Shown one piece after another: positions 38,901 to 48,498 of a stretch of DNA of 64,000 nucleotides. Source of the stretch: an uncultured Planctomycetales bacterium. GTDB taxonomy: Bacteria > Omnitrophota > Gorgyraeia > Zapsychrales > JANLHA01. Each line of letters begins with the position of its first letter. The stretch's first letter is position 1. The notes under the pieces are model-generated. The model saw nothing but the letters and a program-made list of their open reading frames with translations, had not been told where the DNA came from and made no database searches. Position numbers and translations under genes: made by a program. The stretch lies in contig CAZAXH010000001.1 of NCBI GenBank assembly GCA_964489065.1, forward strand, positions 85,106 through 149,105, read 5' to 3'.

Positions 38901-39075
38901 AAATCAAAGATATAAACCCCAGAGCGCAAGTCTGGACTCAATTAACCGCAGCAAGCTGCGGGGTATTAAACCACCATCCTTCGATTCGTTCTCGTGGCTC
39001 ACTCGCCAGAGGAACAATTCGCATTTCTAATTTACACTCCCTTGGGTCGTGCAAACTAAATGCTCATTGAATAAA
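38901..39075 (+). repeat. Intergenic repeat family, copy C (full length)
   Basis: AAATCAAAGAtataaaCCCCagagcgcaagtCTGGACTCAATTAACCGCagcaagctgcgggg...gtggctcactcgcc...aattcgcatttctaatttacactcccttgggtcgtgcaaactaaatgctcattgaataaa. Sits 55 nt upstream of the Flp pilin start. Confidence 0.85.
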
Positions 39076-39150
39076 ATCCAGAATTATAACACTTTTAATA
39101 CTAAATGGTTAGAAAATCTACCCAAAAACAAAACATAAAGTCAACCACGA

Positions 39151-39585
39151 TCAGTTATGCTCCCGGGCGCTTAAGATACGGCTTATCATCTCTTGCTCAT
39201 AAGCTTTCTCAATTTTTACAAGTTCCCCGCTCCCCAAGAAAGATCGGACGGCCTTTTTCACCGCCTCCAATCTTTTACGAAGATACCAATAATCCGCCTT
39301 GAGATCCCCCTTGCGGCCTTCTTCATACTTATCCGCATAAGCGCTCTTTTTCTTATGCTCCATATATTGCTGAAAGGCAACAATTTTAACATGAAATTTC
39401 TTGCCCTGGGTGGTATCTTTGAGCTCTGGAGCTTTGTGGAACTCTTTCAGCAAAAAGTCATCCACATCCAATTGGGTAAACTTACGGTCTATCCGTTCCA
39501 AATCTTCTTTGGTCGTCTTATAACACCAGATGAGATAACGTCGGTATAAATTTCTTTCTTCCGGAGTCATCTTTCTCTTTCGCAT
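39151..39585 (-). CDS. Hypothetical charged soluble protein
   Basis: 144 aa, Lys/Glu/Arg-rich. No motif recognised. Confidence 0.35.
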   Translation of the reverse strand: MRKRKMTPEERNLYRRYLIWCYKTTKEDLERIDRKFTQLDVDDFLLKEFHKAPELKDTTQGKKFHVKIVAFQQYMEHKKKSAYADKYEEGRKGDLKADYWYLRKRLEAVKKAVRSFLGSGELVKIEKAYEQEMISRILSAREHN

Positions 39586-39622
39586 AAATCAAACCTCCTT
39601 TAACACCCGTCTTTGAGCCGGG

Positions 39623-41770
39623 TTAAAACACGGGCGTCATAATACGGCTCATTGTTCGATGAACAATAAAAGTCCCTCCATTTTGAAAAACGACCTCCCC
39701 CAAGGCACGCAACTGATCAGAACGCAGCGCCGGATAGGCTTCGCGTTCCTTGTCGCCCACAAAAATATAATCCACCATATATTTCTCAAACATCCTGGCA
39801 GACAATAAGGAAAAAGGTTCTTCATACATGCTCTTCACTTCCTCTATGCGGGGAGCCGGAATATCATACGACCCCCTCCACAGCCATTCATGCACCGGCC
39901 ATCCGACCACAGTGGGAAGCCCCGTGAACGCGGAAACCCGGCTGAAGTCGGAATAACTCGTCCCCACGGCCTCCAATATGACCGGTTGTCCGAAGACTTG
40001 GGCATTCAGCCATAATATAGCGGCGTAATCTTCCGGATATTTTTCTTTCAACCAATGGAGTCCGTTAAGCCCTTTAAAATTTTTAAATCCATACCGGTCC
40101 CGGTAACCAAAATAAGGATAGATCAAAAGCAGGCATAGGATCACGGAAATCCCGGTCGTTACGGCCGCCTGAATCCCTTCCCGAACCCTGTTGGCGGGGA
40201 TAAAATCTTTGAGCCAGATAAAACCCGACACCCAGCCCGTCGCGACTCCCATAAAAATAAAGCCCTCCAGGGTAAATTTAAACATCGTGTTCGCCCGGGG
40301 GTGTTCGGGATAAATATCCTTCACATAAATCACTTCCGGGATAATAATTAAAACCCAGGCCGCTATAATAAGCGTCAGGAGAAAGCCAAGGACACCCTGC
40401 TTTTTTCTCCGCACGGCACTGGCCACGCCCAAAAGAGCCCGATTCTGATGATCCGCGACCAAAAACGCGATCACGCTGAGAGCCCCTAACCCGCCCCATA
40501 CAACCAGCAAACGCCAGAAATCCGAACTCTCCTCCACCCATCTGACCCCACTGGATATTGAACGAAAATGTATCCACCAAAAGGACGAAACCCCGGCCGC
40601 CGCCGTCCCAATAAGCAGGATAGACGCGCACACATGCCCGAAACGGGACGGATAGAACATAACCAAAGTCATGCCGCATAAAAACAACAAAAGCGCGTAC
40701 ACTCCCCCGGACCAGGCGCTCGTCATAAAACAAACTCCCAACATCATGCCCGCCATCAAGGCCCTGGCATAAATTTTGCCCACCCGCTCGGAAACGAGAA
40801 CCGCATGATACCACAAAAAAACACATAACAGCAAACTGATCACCAAAGGAAAATTCCAGACATGGGCGTGCAGGTCACCAACGATTAATGAATAAGCCGG
40901 AAATTCATGGATAGTTTGCGGTATAAACCGGGTGGCGTCCGGGTACCAATAACCTTTCCAGCCGTGATTTTTGATTCCGTACCAAATCGTATGCGTGTTC
41001 CCGGCAAAGGCAACCAAAGAAACCGACACCAGGCCACCCCATAGCAACGGTTTTCTTGTGGCCTCCGTCTCAGTGCTTTTACAGATCAGATTCAAGACCA
41101 GACTGAACGTTTCCGCCATAAAAAGACCCATAATAAGCCCCAGCAGTAAATTATAACTATACGGCAACTCCAGGGACCAGTACCTGGTCATAACAGCACC
41201 CAGGAAATGGCCGAACGTATAATAATTCATAGTCTCCCCGGCAAACCACATATCCAAGACAGGGAAGGTCGGCGCACGCAGATAAGATGCGATAAGACCG
41301 ACATCCATGAATTTCTCCAAATCATTAATATCCGGCCCAAAACACCGGGCGACACCGAGAAATAAAAATCCGAAGGTGAATATAATCTCTTCCGCCACCA
41401 GCCATTTCCAACGCTCCTGCAAGAACAGGACGATTTCATCTTTGTTAAAATGAAAAACCCCCATGCTTACCACTGCAACACAGAAGAAGACACCAAGCAA
41501 TCCTCCCTGATTGTTGACGGGAAAACCCCAATGGGCCAACACCCATACCGGCATGGCCAACACCAGCCATATCAGCAGCCGGCCGAAAGCCCAGCCTGCG
41601 TCATAAAGCGTATTGCGGAGCCGGACAATCAGGACCGGCATCGCGAAAAGCTGCAGAAGCGACGTCATGAACCACGCTAAAATAATCAAACCAATATCTT
41701 TCATGCTTCTATGGCCCTTCCCTCTCCAACGGCCGCGCAGCCGCCCGCCCTGTATTCCTTCCCGGAGCAA
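39623..41770 (-). CDS. Large polytopic membrane protein (15+ TM helices), putative GT-C-fold glycosyltransferase
   Basis: 715 aa. Highly hydrophobic N-terminal two-thirds with a soluble C-terminal approximately 150 aa. Located in a cluster with DPM1-like GT2 and other GT-C-like genes. Confidence 0.5.
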   Translation of the reverse strand: MLREGIQGGRLRGRWRGKGHRSMKDIGLIILAWFMTSLLQLFAMPVLIVRLRNTLYDAGWAFGRLLIWLVLAMPVWVLAHWGFPVNNQGGLLGVFFCVAVVSMGVFHFNKDEIVLFLQERWKWLVAEEIIFTFGFLFLGVARCFGPDINDLEKFMDVGLIASYLRAPTFPVLDMWFAGETMNYYTFGHFLGAVMTRYWSLELPYSYNLLLGLIMGLFMAETFSLVLNLICKSTETEATRKPLLWGGLVSVSLVAFAGNTHTIWYGIKNHGWKGYWYPDATRFIPQTIHEFPAYSLIVGDLHAHVWNFPLVISLLLCVFLWYHAVLVSERVGKIYARALMAGMMLGVCFMTSAWSGGVYALLLFLCGMTLVMFYPSRFGHVCASILLIGTAAAGVSSFWWIHFRSISSGVRWVEESSDFWRLLVVWGGLGALSVIAFLVADHQNRALLGVASAVRRKKQGVLGFLLTLIIAAWVLIIIPEVIYVKDIYPEHPRANTMFKFTLEGFIFMGVATGWVSGFIWLKDFIPANRVREGIQAAVTTGISVILCLLLIYPYFGYRDRYGFKNFKGLNGLHWLKEKYPEDYAAILWLNAQVFGQPVILEAVGTSYSDFSRVSAFTGLPTVVGWPVHEWLWRGSYDIPAPRIEEVKSMYEEPFSLLSARMFEKYMVDYIFVGDKEREAYPALRSDQLRALGEVVFQNGGTFIVHRTMSRIMTPVF

Positions 41771-41897
41771 GACAGCCCCCGGAATTATCGTATTTGCTTT
41801 TTTATTCAGGTTTCTCTTGTGTTATAATAAAACACGAATTCACCGAACGAAACAAAAATATCCTTTTTTCTTCCCATTCAGTACCCATAAGGGCCTT

Positions 41898-42938
41898 ATG
41901 AATATCCTTATTACCGGAGCTTCAGGTTTTCTGGGAACGTACTGTTCCCAGGCGCTGCGTCAAGATAACCACAAACTAACACTCGTTGATATCGCGCCTC
42001 CGGAAAGCGAACGGCAAACACCAAGCTGCCGGTTTGAGAATGTCGACATACGCCGGGAACTCGCCATCGCCCCCCTCATCCGGGAGGCCGACATCGTCAT
42101 CCACGCGGCCGCGGCCTTACCGCTCTGGAAACGCGGCGATATTTTTTCAACGAATGTGGACGGCACGCGAAACATTTTAACGGCGGCCCGAGCGCACGGG
42201 GTCCGAAGGGTGGTCTATATCTCATCCACCGCCGTGTACGGGATTCCGAAAAGGCATCCGATCCTGGAGGATGATCGGCTCATGGGTGTGGGCCCATACG
42301 GTGAGTCTAAAATTCTGGCCGAAAAGCTGTGCCTTGACTTTATGAAAAAGGGGCTGAATGTCACCATCCTGCGGCCCAAAACGTTTCTGGGGACCGGCCG
42401 GCTGGGAGTTTTTGAAATCCTGTTTGACTGGGTTCATGACGGGAAAAAAATCCCGGTCATCGGCAGCGGACAGAATCGTTACCAGCTGCTCGCCGTTGAC
42501 GACCTTGTGGAGGTGATCTCCCTTTGCGTGCAGAACTCTTCCGAGGAATACAACGGCGTGTTTAACGTGGCGGCGGAAGCATTTGGAACCGTCCGGGAAG
42601 ACCTAGAGGCGCTCTTTGATTTCGCTCAATCCGGGTCACGGCTGCTGCCGACGCCCGCGCCTTTGGTCAAAAGCGCCCTGCGTTTCTTTGAAATGCTCCG
42701 CCTCTCCCCTCTTTATCAATGGGTGTATGACACGGCGGACAAGGATTCCTTCGTTTCCATCGACAAGCTAAAAAAGACGTTTCACTGGTCTCCCCGTTTT
42801 TCCAACGCTCAAATCCTGATCAAGACCTACGCGTGGTATCTTAAAAACTATTCCCTCATTAAAAGCAGGCAGGCCGGGATCACCCATACCGCGGCGTGGA
42901 AACAGGGGCTGCTGGGGCTGGTCAAAAAATTCATGTGA
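41898..42938 (+). CDS. NAD-dependent epimerase/dehydratase (SDR family)
   Basis: The ATG at 41898 gives MNILITGASGFLGTYCSQAL (GxxGxxG Rossmann) and a YGESK catalytic motif. The upstream part of the 41613 ORF is non-homologous. Confidence 0.7.
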   Translation: MNILITGASGFLGTYCSQALRQDNHKLTLVDIAPPESERQTPSCRFENVDIRRELAIAPLIREADIVIHAAAALPLWKRGDIFSTNVDGTRNILTAARAHGVRRVVYISSTAVYGIPKRHPILEDDRLMGVGPYGESKILAEKLCLDFMKKGLNVTILRPKTFLGTGRLGVFEILFDWVHDGKKIPVIGSGQNRYQLLAVDDLVEVISLCVQNSSEEYNGVFNVAAEAFGTVREDLEALFDFAQSGSRLLPTPAPLVKSALRFFEMLRLSPLYQWVYDTADKDSFVSIDKLKKTFHWSPRFSNAQILIKTYAWYLKNYSLIKSRQAGITHTAAWKQGLLGLVKKFM

Positions 42939-42971
42939 TTCGAGGGCTCACCCGGGGGCTGCTCCTGTCTT

Positions 42972-44708
42972 TTAAAAATCTTTCGTGGCGACTGGCTCGC
43001 CCGGGGCGACATCCCGCAACAAATCCCCGTCCAAGATAGACGTTCCCTCCCCTTGTTTCCTGAAAATATAAACCCGCGGGTGATCGTAAACGGAAAAGGA
43101 CTCATCCGCCCCGTCGTCCGGGATAAAGAAGCGCCGGCCGCCCAACGTTATCCCGGGATAAGAAACAAATTCCGCCACTTTATAAAAACCGAGCTCCCCC
43201 GAAAAAAGTTTGCGGTAATATTCCCCGGTGCGGGGATAACACTGCCGATAAACCCCGCAATCCGTGAGCCGTGATAGGGGGACAAAAAGCTTTTGAGAGG
43301 CAATAATGATATAATCCGCTTCCGCCAATCTTTGCGCGATTCCTTCCCATTTCCTGGCGTCATCCGGCTGATCGTAAAGCGGTAATTCCACAAAATGATA
43401 TTTTTCCACACCAAATAACGGCAGACGCTCATCCCAATGCTCCACCGCCAAAGTCGTCCCGGTCGGGATATGACGGTTAATCCAGCGCGAGGCCTCAACA
43501 CGGGTCAGCGGACGGCGGTAAATATCCATAAAAAAACCAACCCGCAAAACCAGGGCCCCGTACACAACAATTAAACAAATCCGCTGAATGCGTTTTGTTT
43601 TCATCACCCCTAAAACCCACTCCAGGCCCAGGGCGGCCATAACAGCGCCGAAGGGATACAAAGGCAACATGTAACGCATGAACTTCACCGCCGTGTGGCC
43701 CACAACGGCAAAATAATAAAGGTTCAGCAAAACATACACTACAATCAGCAGGCTGGGCGCCGCCCCCTTTCGAAACCGGGCCGGCCAATGCCCGATAAAA
43801 ACGGCTAATCCGCACAGCATAAAAAACGACAATACCGGCCCCATCCCCCACACAAACATGTTTTCCAAATAATAAGAATACGCCTTTGTGCCGACATATT
43901 GCAGGGTATAAGGGAAAACATACGGATCCCGGCTCATCCGCAACTGCAGCATCGTATCCTGCAGAAACCTTGAAAAATGCACATACGCGTACGGCATCAG
44001 GACCATGTGGCCAACCCCAAGGGTCAGGAGAAAAACAAGGCCGTATTTCAAAGGCCGGCCGGTGGGTTTCATGAAAACCCAGCGTGCCGGGCTCACTTGC
44101 CAGGCCAAAAGAAAAAAGATCACCGGGAGAAAAATAGCCGGCGTTATTTTCGTGGCCAGCAAAGCGGCCGTGGTCAAACCCAGGCCGGCCGCCCGGAGCG
44201 CCGAAGCCCTTTGCAAATAATTTAAAAGGAAAATAAAAAGAAGCGTCATGAAAAAATTCACCAGGTTGTCAACAACATAAAAATTACTGTTCTGAATGGG
44301 GAAAAAACTCAGCGCATAGAACGCTGCCGCGGCCAGCGCCAGGCGGGGACGTTGAAACACGCCTCCGGCCAGGCGGTAAACGAGGTAGACAACAAGGGTG
44401 TCCAGCAGGGACGCCAAAACCCGTCCCACGAAAAGCATCCCGTCATAATTCGCCCAGTCCGTGTGAAACAGCGCGTCACTCCATTGCGCCACAGCCCTCA
44501 AAAGATAAACAGGGAATGACCCATAATTGAAAAAGTCCGGGTCCAAATGGCGGAACAGATGGACCCGGCAGGCAACCAGCATCAGCATCCGTTCATCCGG
44601 GTGTTGCTGATAACCGTAATCCCAATTCACGCCGTAAAAACGGAAGCCCGCGGCGGTCAGAAGGATCATGATCAAAAAAAGGGTTGTTGGAAACGGCCGT
44701 GTTCTCAT
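42972..44708 (-). CDS. GT-C-fold glycosyltransferase, family 39/83-like (PMT/ArnT-type, lipid-phosphate-sugar dependent)
   Basis: 578 aa. N-terminus RFYGVNWDYGYQQHPDER is a DE-type motif in the first periplasmic loop, typical of PMT/ArnT enzymes. About 12 TM helices plus a C-terminal soluble domain. Confidence 0.55.
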   Translation of the reverse strand: MRTRPFPTTLFLIMILLTAAGFRFYGVNWDYGYQQHPDERMLMLVACRVHLFRHLDPDFFNYGSFPVYLLRAVAQWSDALFHTDWANYDGMLFVGRVLASLLDTLVVYLVYRLAGGVFQRPRLALAAAAFYALSFFPIQNSNFYVVDNLVNFFMTLLFIFLLNYLQRASALRAAGLGLTTAALLATKITPAIFLPVIFFLLAWQVSPARWVFMKPTGRPLKYGLVFLLTLGVGHMVLMPYAYVHFSRFLQDTMLQLRMSRDPYVFPYTLQYVGTKAYSYYLENMFVWGMGPVLSFFMLCGLAVFIGHWPARFRKGAAPSLLIVVYVLLNLYYFAVVGHTAVKFMRYMLPLYPFGAVMAALGLEWVLGVMKTKRIQRICLIVVYGALVLRVGFFMDIYRRPLTRVEASRWINRHIPTGTTLAVEHWDERLPLFGVEKYHFVELPLYDQPDDARKWEGIAQRLAEADYIIIASQKLFVPLSRLTDCGVYRQCYPRTGEYYRKLFSGELGFYKVAEFVSYPGITLGGRRFFIPDDGADESFSVYDHPRVYIFRKQGEGTSILDGDLLRDVAPGEPVATKDF

Positions 44709-44721
44709 GATAATCCTTATA

Positions 44722-46386
44722 CTAAAGGGCCTGGCCGGCGCATTCTTCCCCGACCGAATAAATCCGGTACCCTTCCTGATGGCTGAACACCGGTTCCCAG
44801 GTTTTCAAAACCGAGCTCTCGCGGATATCGGTATCGGGCCAGGCGCCGCGGCCCGGCTCCACCACGATATAATCAATTTTCTCCTGCTTCAAAACCCTGC
44901 AAGCCGACACGGTGTCGGTTGTTGGGAGAAACACCGGCTCGATAGTCCGCAGTCTTTCATAAGCCGGTAGCCCGGCGGACCAAGGGAAATAAACATAACC
45001 GATATAGATCCGCCGTCCCAATAAAGACGGCGGGCAGTACATCCCGGCCGTGCACAGGTACACCGCATCCGCCAGCGTGTTATCTTTAAGCCAAACCGCG
45101 GTCGGAGAGCGGCGATAATCCCTCAATTCTCCTTGATGATCGTTCAATATCGGGAACACATCCACGACCCCAGAAAAGGTCAACGCGAAAAGAAGAAGCA
45201 GGACGGCCGCCTTGGCCCAACGGGATCCCGACAAACACGACGCAAGGAAGCCCGCCACCGCGACCTGAATGGAGATCATAAAGAAATTAACCAGCTTATG
45301 ATTGTTGAACATGTCCGGAGAAAACCGCCAGAGATTGCTGACGGCAAAAAAAACCAACGCCACTCCCATCCAAATTTTCACTGTTTTTTTTCCCCACACA
45401 AAAACCGCCGGGATCATCACCGAGTAAAGCCCTAGGTTATAAAACCAATATCTCCCCCATTCCAAAAAATTTTTTGGCTGCTGAACAAAGCCCGGGCAGT
45501 ACACAATCTCCGGCGGCGACCCAGCGCGGATATACCACAAAGCCGGGACAGCGCACACAAACAGTAAAAAATAATAAAACCCCAGGGGACGAATCAGGGC
45601 CGGCGAGAAAATAAACCAAAGAATGACATACGTCAAAACAATCGGGATAATCACATGATGCAACAAAGGGGACAAGGCCGCCACCAGGACAATCGCGATC
45701 CTATAGCGGCGGGAAAGCAGCCTTCCTTCCCCAACGTATTTGAGCAGCGGCCACAAGCAGGCTAAAGCGAAAGCATAACTCAGCGCCAGATGCCTTTGAT
45801 TGGTATAAATATTCAGCGTCCAGAAAATACTGACAAGCCCATTCCAGGGACCGAAGCTGGAAAAATGCTGGGCGGTGGCAATATCTTTCCAGGAACCCCA
45901 ATGCAGAGGATGCTTCTGGAAAAAAAACAAAAAGGATAAAGAGCCGTTCAGCAAAAACAGCCCCACGGTGATAAGCCCCGCTGACCGCCTGGCGAACATC
46001 AATCTCCCCAGCCTGTAAAGAAGCCATAATAAAAACGTCAAGCCCGCGGCGCTCAGCAAATTTAAAGCCGCCGCAATATTCATCCCTGCCTTTTCCAGCA
46101 GTCCCACCCAGGAATAAAAAAGAAAATGGTAACGGATAGGTTCCCCAGCAAAAAGCGGGTGCTCGAGCGAGTAATTATCCCCGAGGGAGAAAGACCGAAT
46201 CAACGGGATATGCGCCCCGAAATCACTCCACAATTTTTCCCTGATCAAAAAAGTGTCATTCCGGTACTGAAAGGTATGCTGCATAAGAAACCAGCTCAGC
46301 GCGAAAAAAACCAGCAGCAAGGCGGCATCAAGAATCTTAGTCCCGGAAAGGGTGTTTAGAGGAAATATAGGGCTTCGGAATTTCAT
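44722..46386 (-). CDS. Polytopic membrane protein, GT-C-like (second paralogous-architecture enzyme)
   Basis: 554 aa. Same hydrophobic-core plus C-terminal soluble-domain architecture as the 42972 gene. No explicit DE motif identified. Confidence 0.45.
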   Translation of the reverse strand: MKFRSPIFPLNTLSGTKILDAALLLVFFALSWFLMQHTFQYRNDTFLIREKLWSDFGAHIPLIRSFSLGDNYSLEHPLFAGEPIRYHFLFYSWVGLLEKAGMNIAAALNLLSAAGLTFLLWLLYRLGRLMFARRSAGLITVGLFLLNGSLSFLFFFQKHPLHWGSWKDIATAQHFSSFGPWNGLVSIFWTLNIYTNQRHLALSYAFALACLWPLLKYVGEGRLLSRRYRIAIVLVAALSPLLHHVIIPIVLTYVILWFIFSPALIRPLGFYYFLLFVCAVPALWYIRAGSPPEIVYCPGFVQQPKNFLEWGRYWFYNLGLYSVMIPAVFVWGKKTVKIWMGVALVFFAVSNLWRFSPDMFNNHKLVNFFMISIQVAVAGFLASCLSGSRWAKAAVLLLLFALTFSGVVDVFPILNDHQGELRDYRRSPTAVWLKDNTLADAVYLCTAGMYCPPSLLGRRIYIGYVYFPWSAGLPAYERLRTIEPVFLPTTDTVSACRVLKQEKIDYIVVEPGRGAWPDTDIRESSVLKTWEPVFSHQEGYRIYSVGEECAGQAL

Positions 46387-46443
46387 AGCGATAGGACGGC
46401 CCTTCTTACCCGCCGTCTGAAAACCACCTCAACATGGTCCCGT

Positions 46444-47742
46444 TCAAGCGAAATAACGCTGCATAAAAGCGGAGACAGAACTTAAAATCCCGTCCATATT
46501 CAAATAATCCCAATGTCCGCTGCGGCCGACAAGATACAGCCCGAGACGCTCTAAGTGACGGGTCACTCTGTCTTTAACCGGGGCCGCGTCAACCGTGGGG
46601 ATAGGATAAGTGTAGGCCACGCGCTTCATCTCCGTGAGCGCGACATCCTCCCGCTTTGGAAGGATCCCCAGGCGGAGCAGATCCTCAACCACTCTTTCGC
46701 GCAAGGTTTCCGGCGACAAACCATCCTTCCCGTTTTTATCGGTAATTTCGGCGACAAGAGCCGGGGGGAAAGAAGGGCTGAAATTGTGCATCATGGTGAT
46801 CCGGAAAAAAATTTCCGTTTCCTTAAAAAAAGCCCAATGGCAGTCATTTAAAAGGGAGAACGCCGCCCCTGTCTTAAGTCCAACCATGACGAAATATGTG
46901 TCGTTCCATTTTAACTGCGGATAATAAGACTCCACGCCTTTGACGCTGATCATTTTCAACAGGTCCACCAAAGGAAGCGTGGAAATCACGGTATCCGCCT
47001 GTTCTTCGACGCCGTCCGAAGTGATAATCCGCCACCCGGAGGAATCCCGTCTGAGCTCCTTCACCTCCTTATAAAGATCAATCCGCGGCTCCAGACCCCG
47101 AGCCGTGTGGTCCATGAGCGCCTGAATCCCGTTCCGGGGATAAATAAATTTCCACTGATAAATTCGGCCGATCACTTCTTTTCCCAAAACGGCCAACAAA
47201 AAATTTTTTAATGACGCCGGATGAATCTTGGCGTTCACCAAGTCCATGGAAATCTGCTGAAGTTCGCAGTTCCATATCTTGCGGTTATACGGCGTCATAA
47301 AATGCTTGGCGATACCGAATCCCAAACCGTGATCGATCCAATCCTGCAAATCCTTGAATTCCGTCTGGGCCCGAAGCTTCGCCAACAGATACCCGCAAAT
47401 ACATTCCATCCGGTCCCGGGAGGGCAGACCCTTGATCCCCTCTTCAAAGGGATAATTGATCAGATAGCGGCGGGACATCCGGCCGGTATGATAAATAGAA
47501 ACACGCCGCTCCGCCGGGACATAATCCAACGGAAGGGCGTGCAGATATTCGGTCATCCCCGGGTCACGGCTATAAAGCGCGTGAACGCCGAAATCCCACC
47601 GATACTCACCGCTTATATTGGTTCTGGCCAAACCGCCGATCTGCCCCTCTTTTTCGAGGATTTTAAAATCGCGGCCTTTTAAGGCAAGCTGCCTTCCGCA
47701 TTCCAATCCGGCTAATCCGGCGCCCAGGATGACTGTCTTCAT
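46444..47742 (-). CDS. FAD-dependent oxidoreductase (amine-oxidase / UDP-galactopyranose-mutase-like Rossmann flavoprotein)
   Basis: 432 aa. N-terminal VILGAGLAGLECGRQLALKGRDFKILEKEGQIGG dinucleotide-binding motif. Confidence 0.6.
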   Translation of the reverse strand: MKTVILGAGLAGLECGRQLALKGRDFKILEKEGQIGGLARTNISGEYRWDFGVHALYSRDPGMTEYLHALPLDYVPAERRVSIYHTGRMSRRYLINYPFEEGIKGLPSRDRMECICGYLLAKLRAQTEFKDLQDWIDHGLGFGIAKHFMTPYNRKIWNCELQQISMDLVNAKIHPASLKNFLLAVLGKEVIGRIYQWKFIYPRNGIQALMDHTARGLEPRIDLYKEVKELRRDSSGWRIITSDGVEEQADTVISTLPLVDLLKMISVKGVESYYPQLKWNDTYFVMVGLKTGAAFSLLNDCHWAFFKETEIFFRITMMHNFSPSFPPALVAEITDKNGKDGLSPETLRERVVEDLLRLGILPKREDVALTEMKRVAYTYPIPTVDAAPVKDRVTRHLERLGLYLVGRSGHWDYLNMDGILSSVSAFMQRYFA

Positions 47743-48465
47743 CTAAGCAATCCTCCTGTAATATTCCCGCTTAAGTTTGAAAAGCCCCCCCAAAAGGCCC
47801 CAGACAATCCCCGGGAGGCGTGCCGGGCGGAAAATAGATGTTCCTCCAACCGGGCGGGGGTAATGACGGACAGGGATTTCCCTGACTTTATAACCGGACA
47901 AATGCGCCCTCAGGATAAATTCTGACATAACGCAATATTTCATATATTTCAACCGGGGGAGAACCCGTTCGATGACATCCCGCCGGATAAGCTTAAACCC
48001 GGAATCAATGTCTTTCATCCAAAGCCCGAACAGCGCCCCTATCAAATAGTTATACGTGAACGACAAAACCCTCCGATGGACGGGATCTTTCCGGGGCGTT
48101 TTGCACCCGCTTATAATATCACATGCGGAAACCCCGTTCAGCAATTTATGAATATCCTCGGGGTCATGCTGGCCGTCCGAATCGCTGAACAGCACCCACG
48201 GAGTACGGGCCAAAGACAAGGCGTCTTTAAACGCCCGCGTATATCCCTTCCTCTCGGGGGAACTGACAAGCGTAAACGGAATTTCCTTTTGCAGTTGAAG
48301 AAGGATATCCTTTGTGCCGTCGTCACTCCCGTCTTCCACGATCAGGAAGGTGACCGGAACCCCGCAGTGCATCACCGCGGCATAAAAATCCCGGACAACC
48401 TTTTCAATAATCCGGGATTCATTATAAACGGGCATGATCAAAGTCAGGGGTTCATCCATCATCAC
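47743..48465 (-). CDS. Family-2 glycosyltransferase, polyprenol-phosphate sugar synthase type (DPM1/ArnC-like)
   Basis: 240 aa. LIMPVYNES...IVEDGSDDGT...DSDGQHDP motifs. Confidence 0.75.
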   Translation of the reverse strand: MMMDEPLTLIMPVYNESRIIEKVVRDFYAAVMHCGVPVTFLIVEDGSDDGTKDILLQLQKEIPFTLVSSPERKGYTRAFKDALSLARTPWVLFSDSDGQHDPEDIHKLLNGVSACDIISGCKTPRKDPVHRRVLSFTYNYLIGALFGLWMKDIDSGFKLIRRDVIERVLPRLKYMKYCVMSEFILRAHLSGYKVREIPVRHYPRPVGGTSIFRPARLPGIVWGLLGGLFKLKREYYRRIA

Positions 48466-48498
48466 AAGTCTCGCGGTGTTTCAACCGGCAACATCATT

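Noticed and set aside
41613-41897. N-terminal 95-aa extension of the plus-strand epimerase ORF
   Set aside because: It overlaps the 3' end of the convergent 715-aa membrane protein gene. The Rossmann GxxGxxG motif begins right after the internal ATG at 41898, so the extension is discounted.
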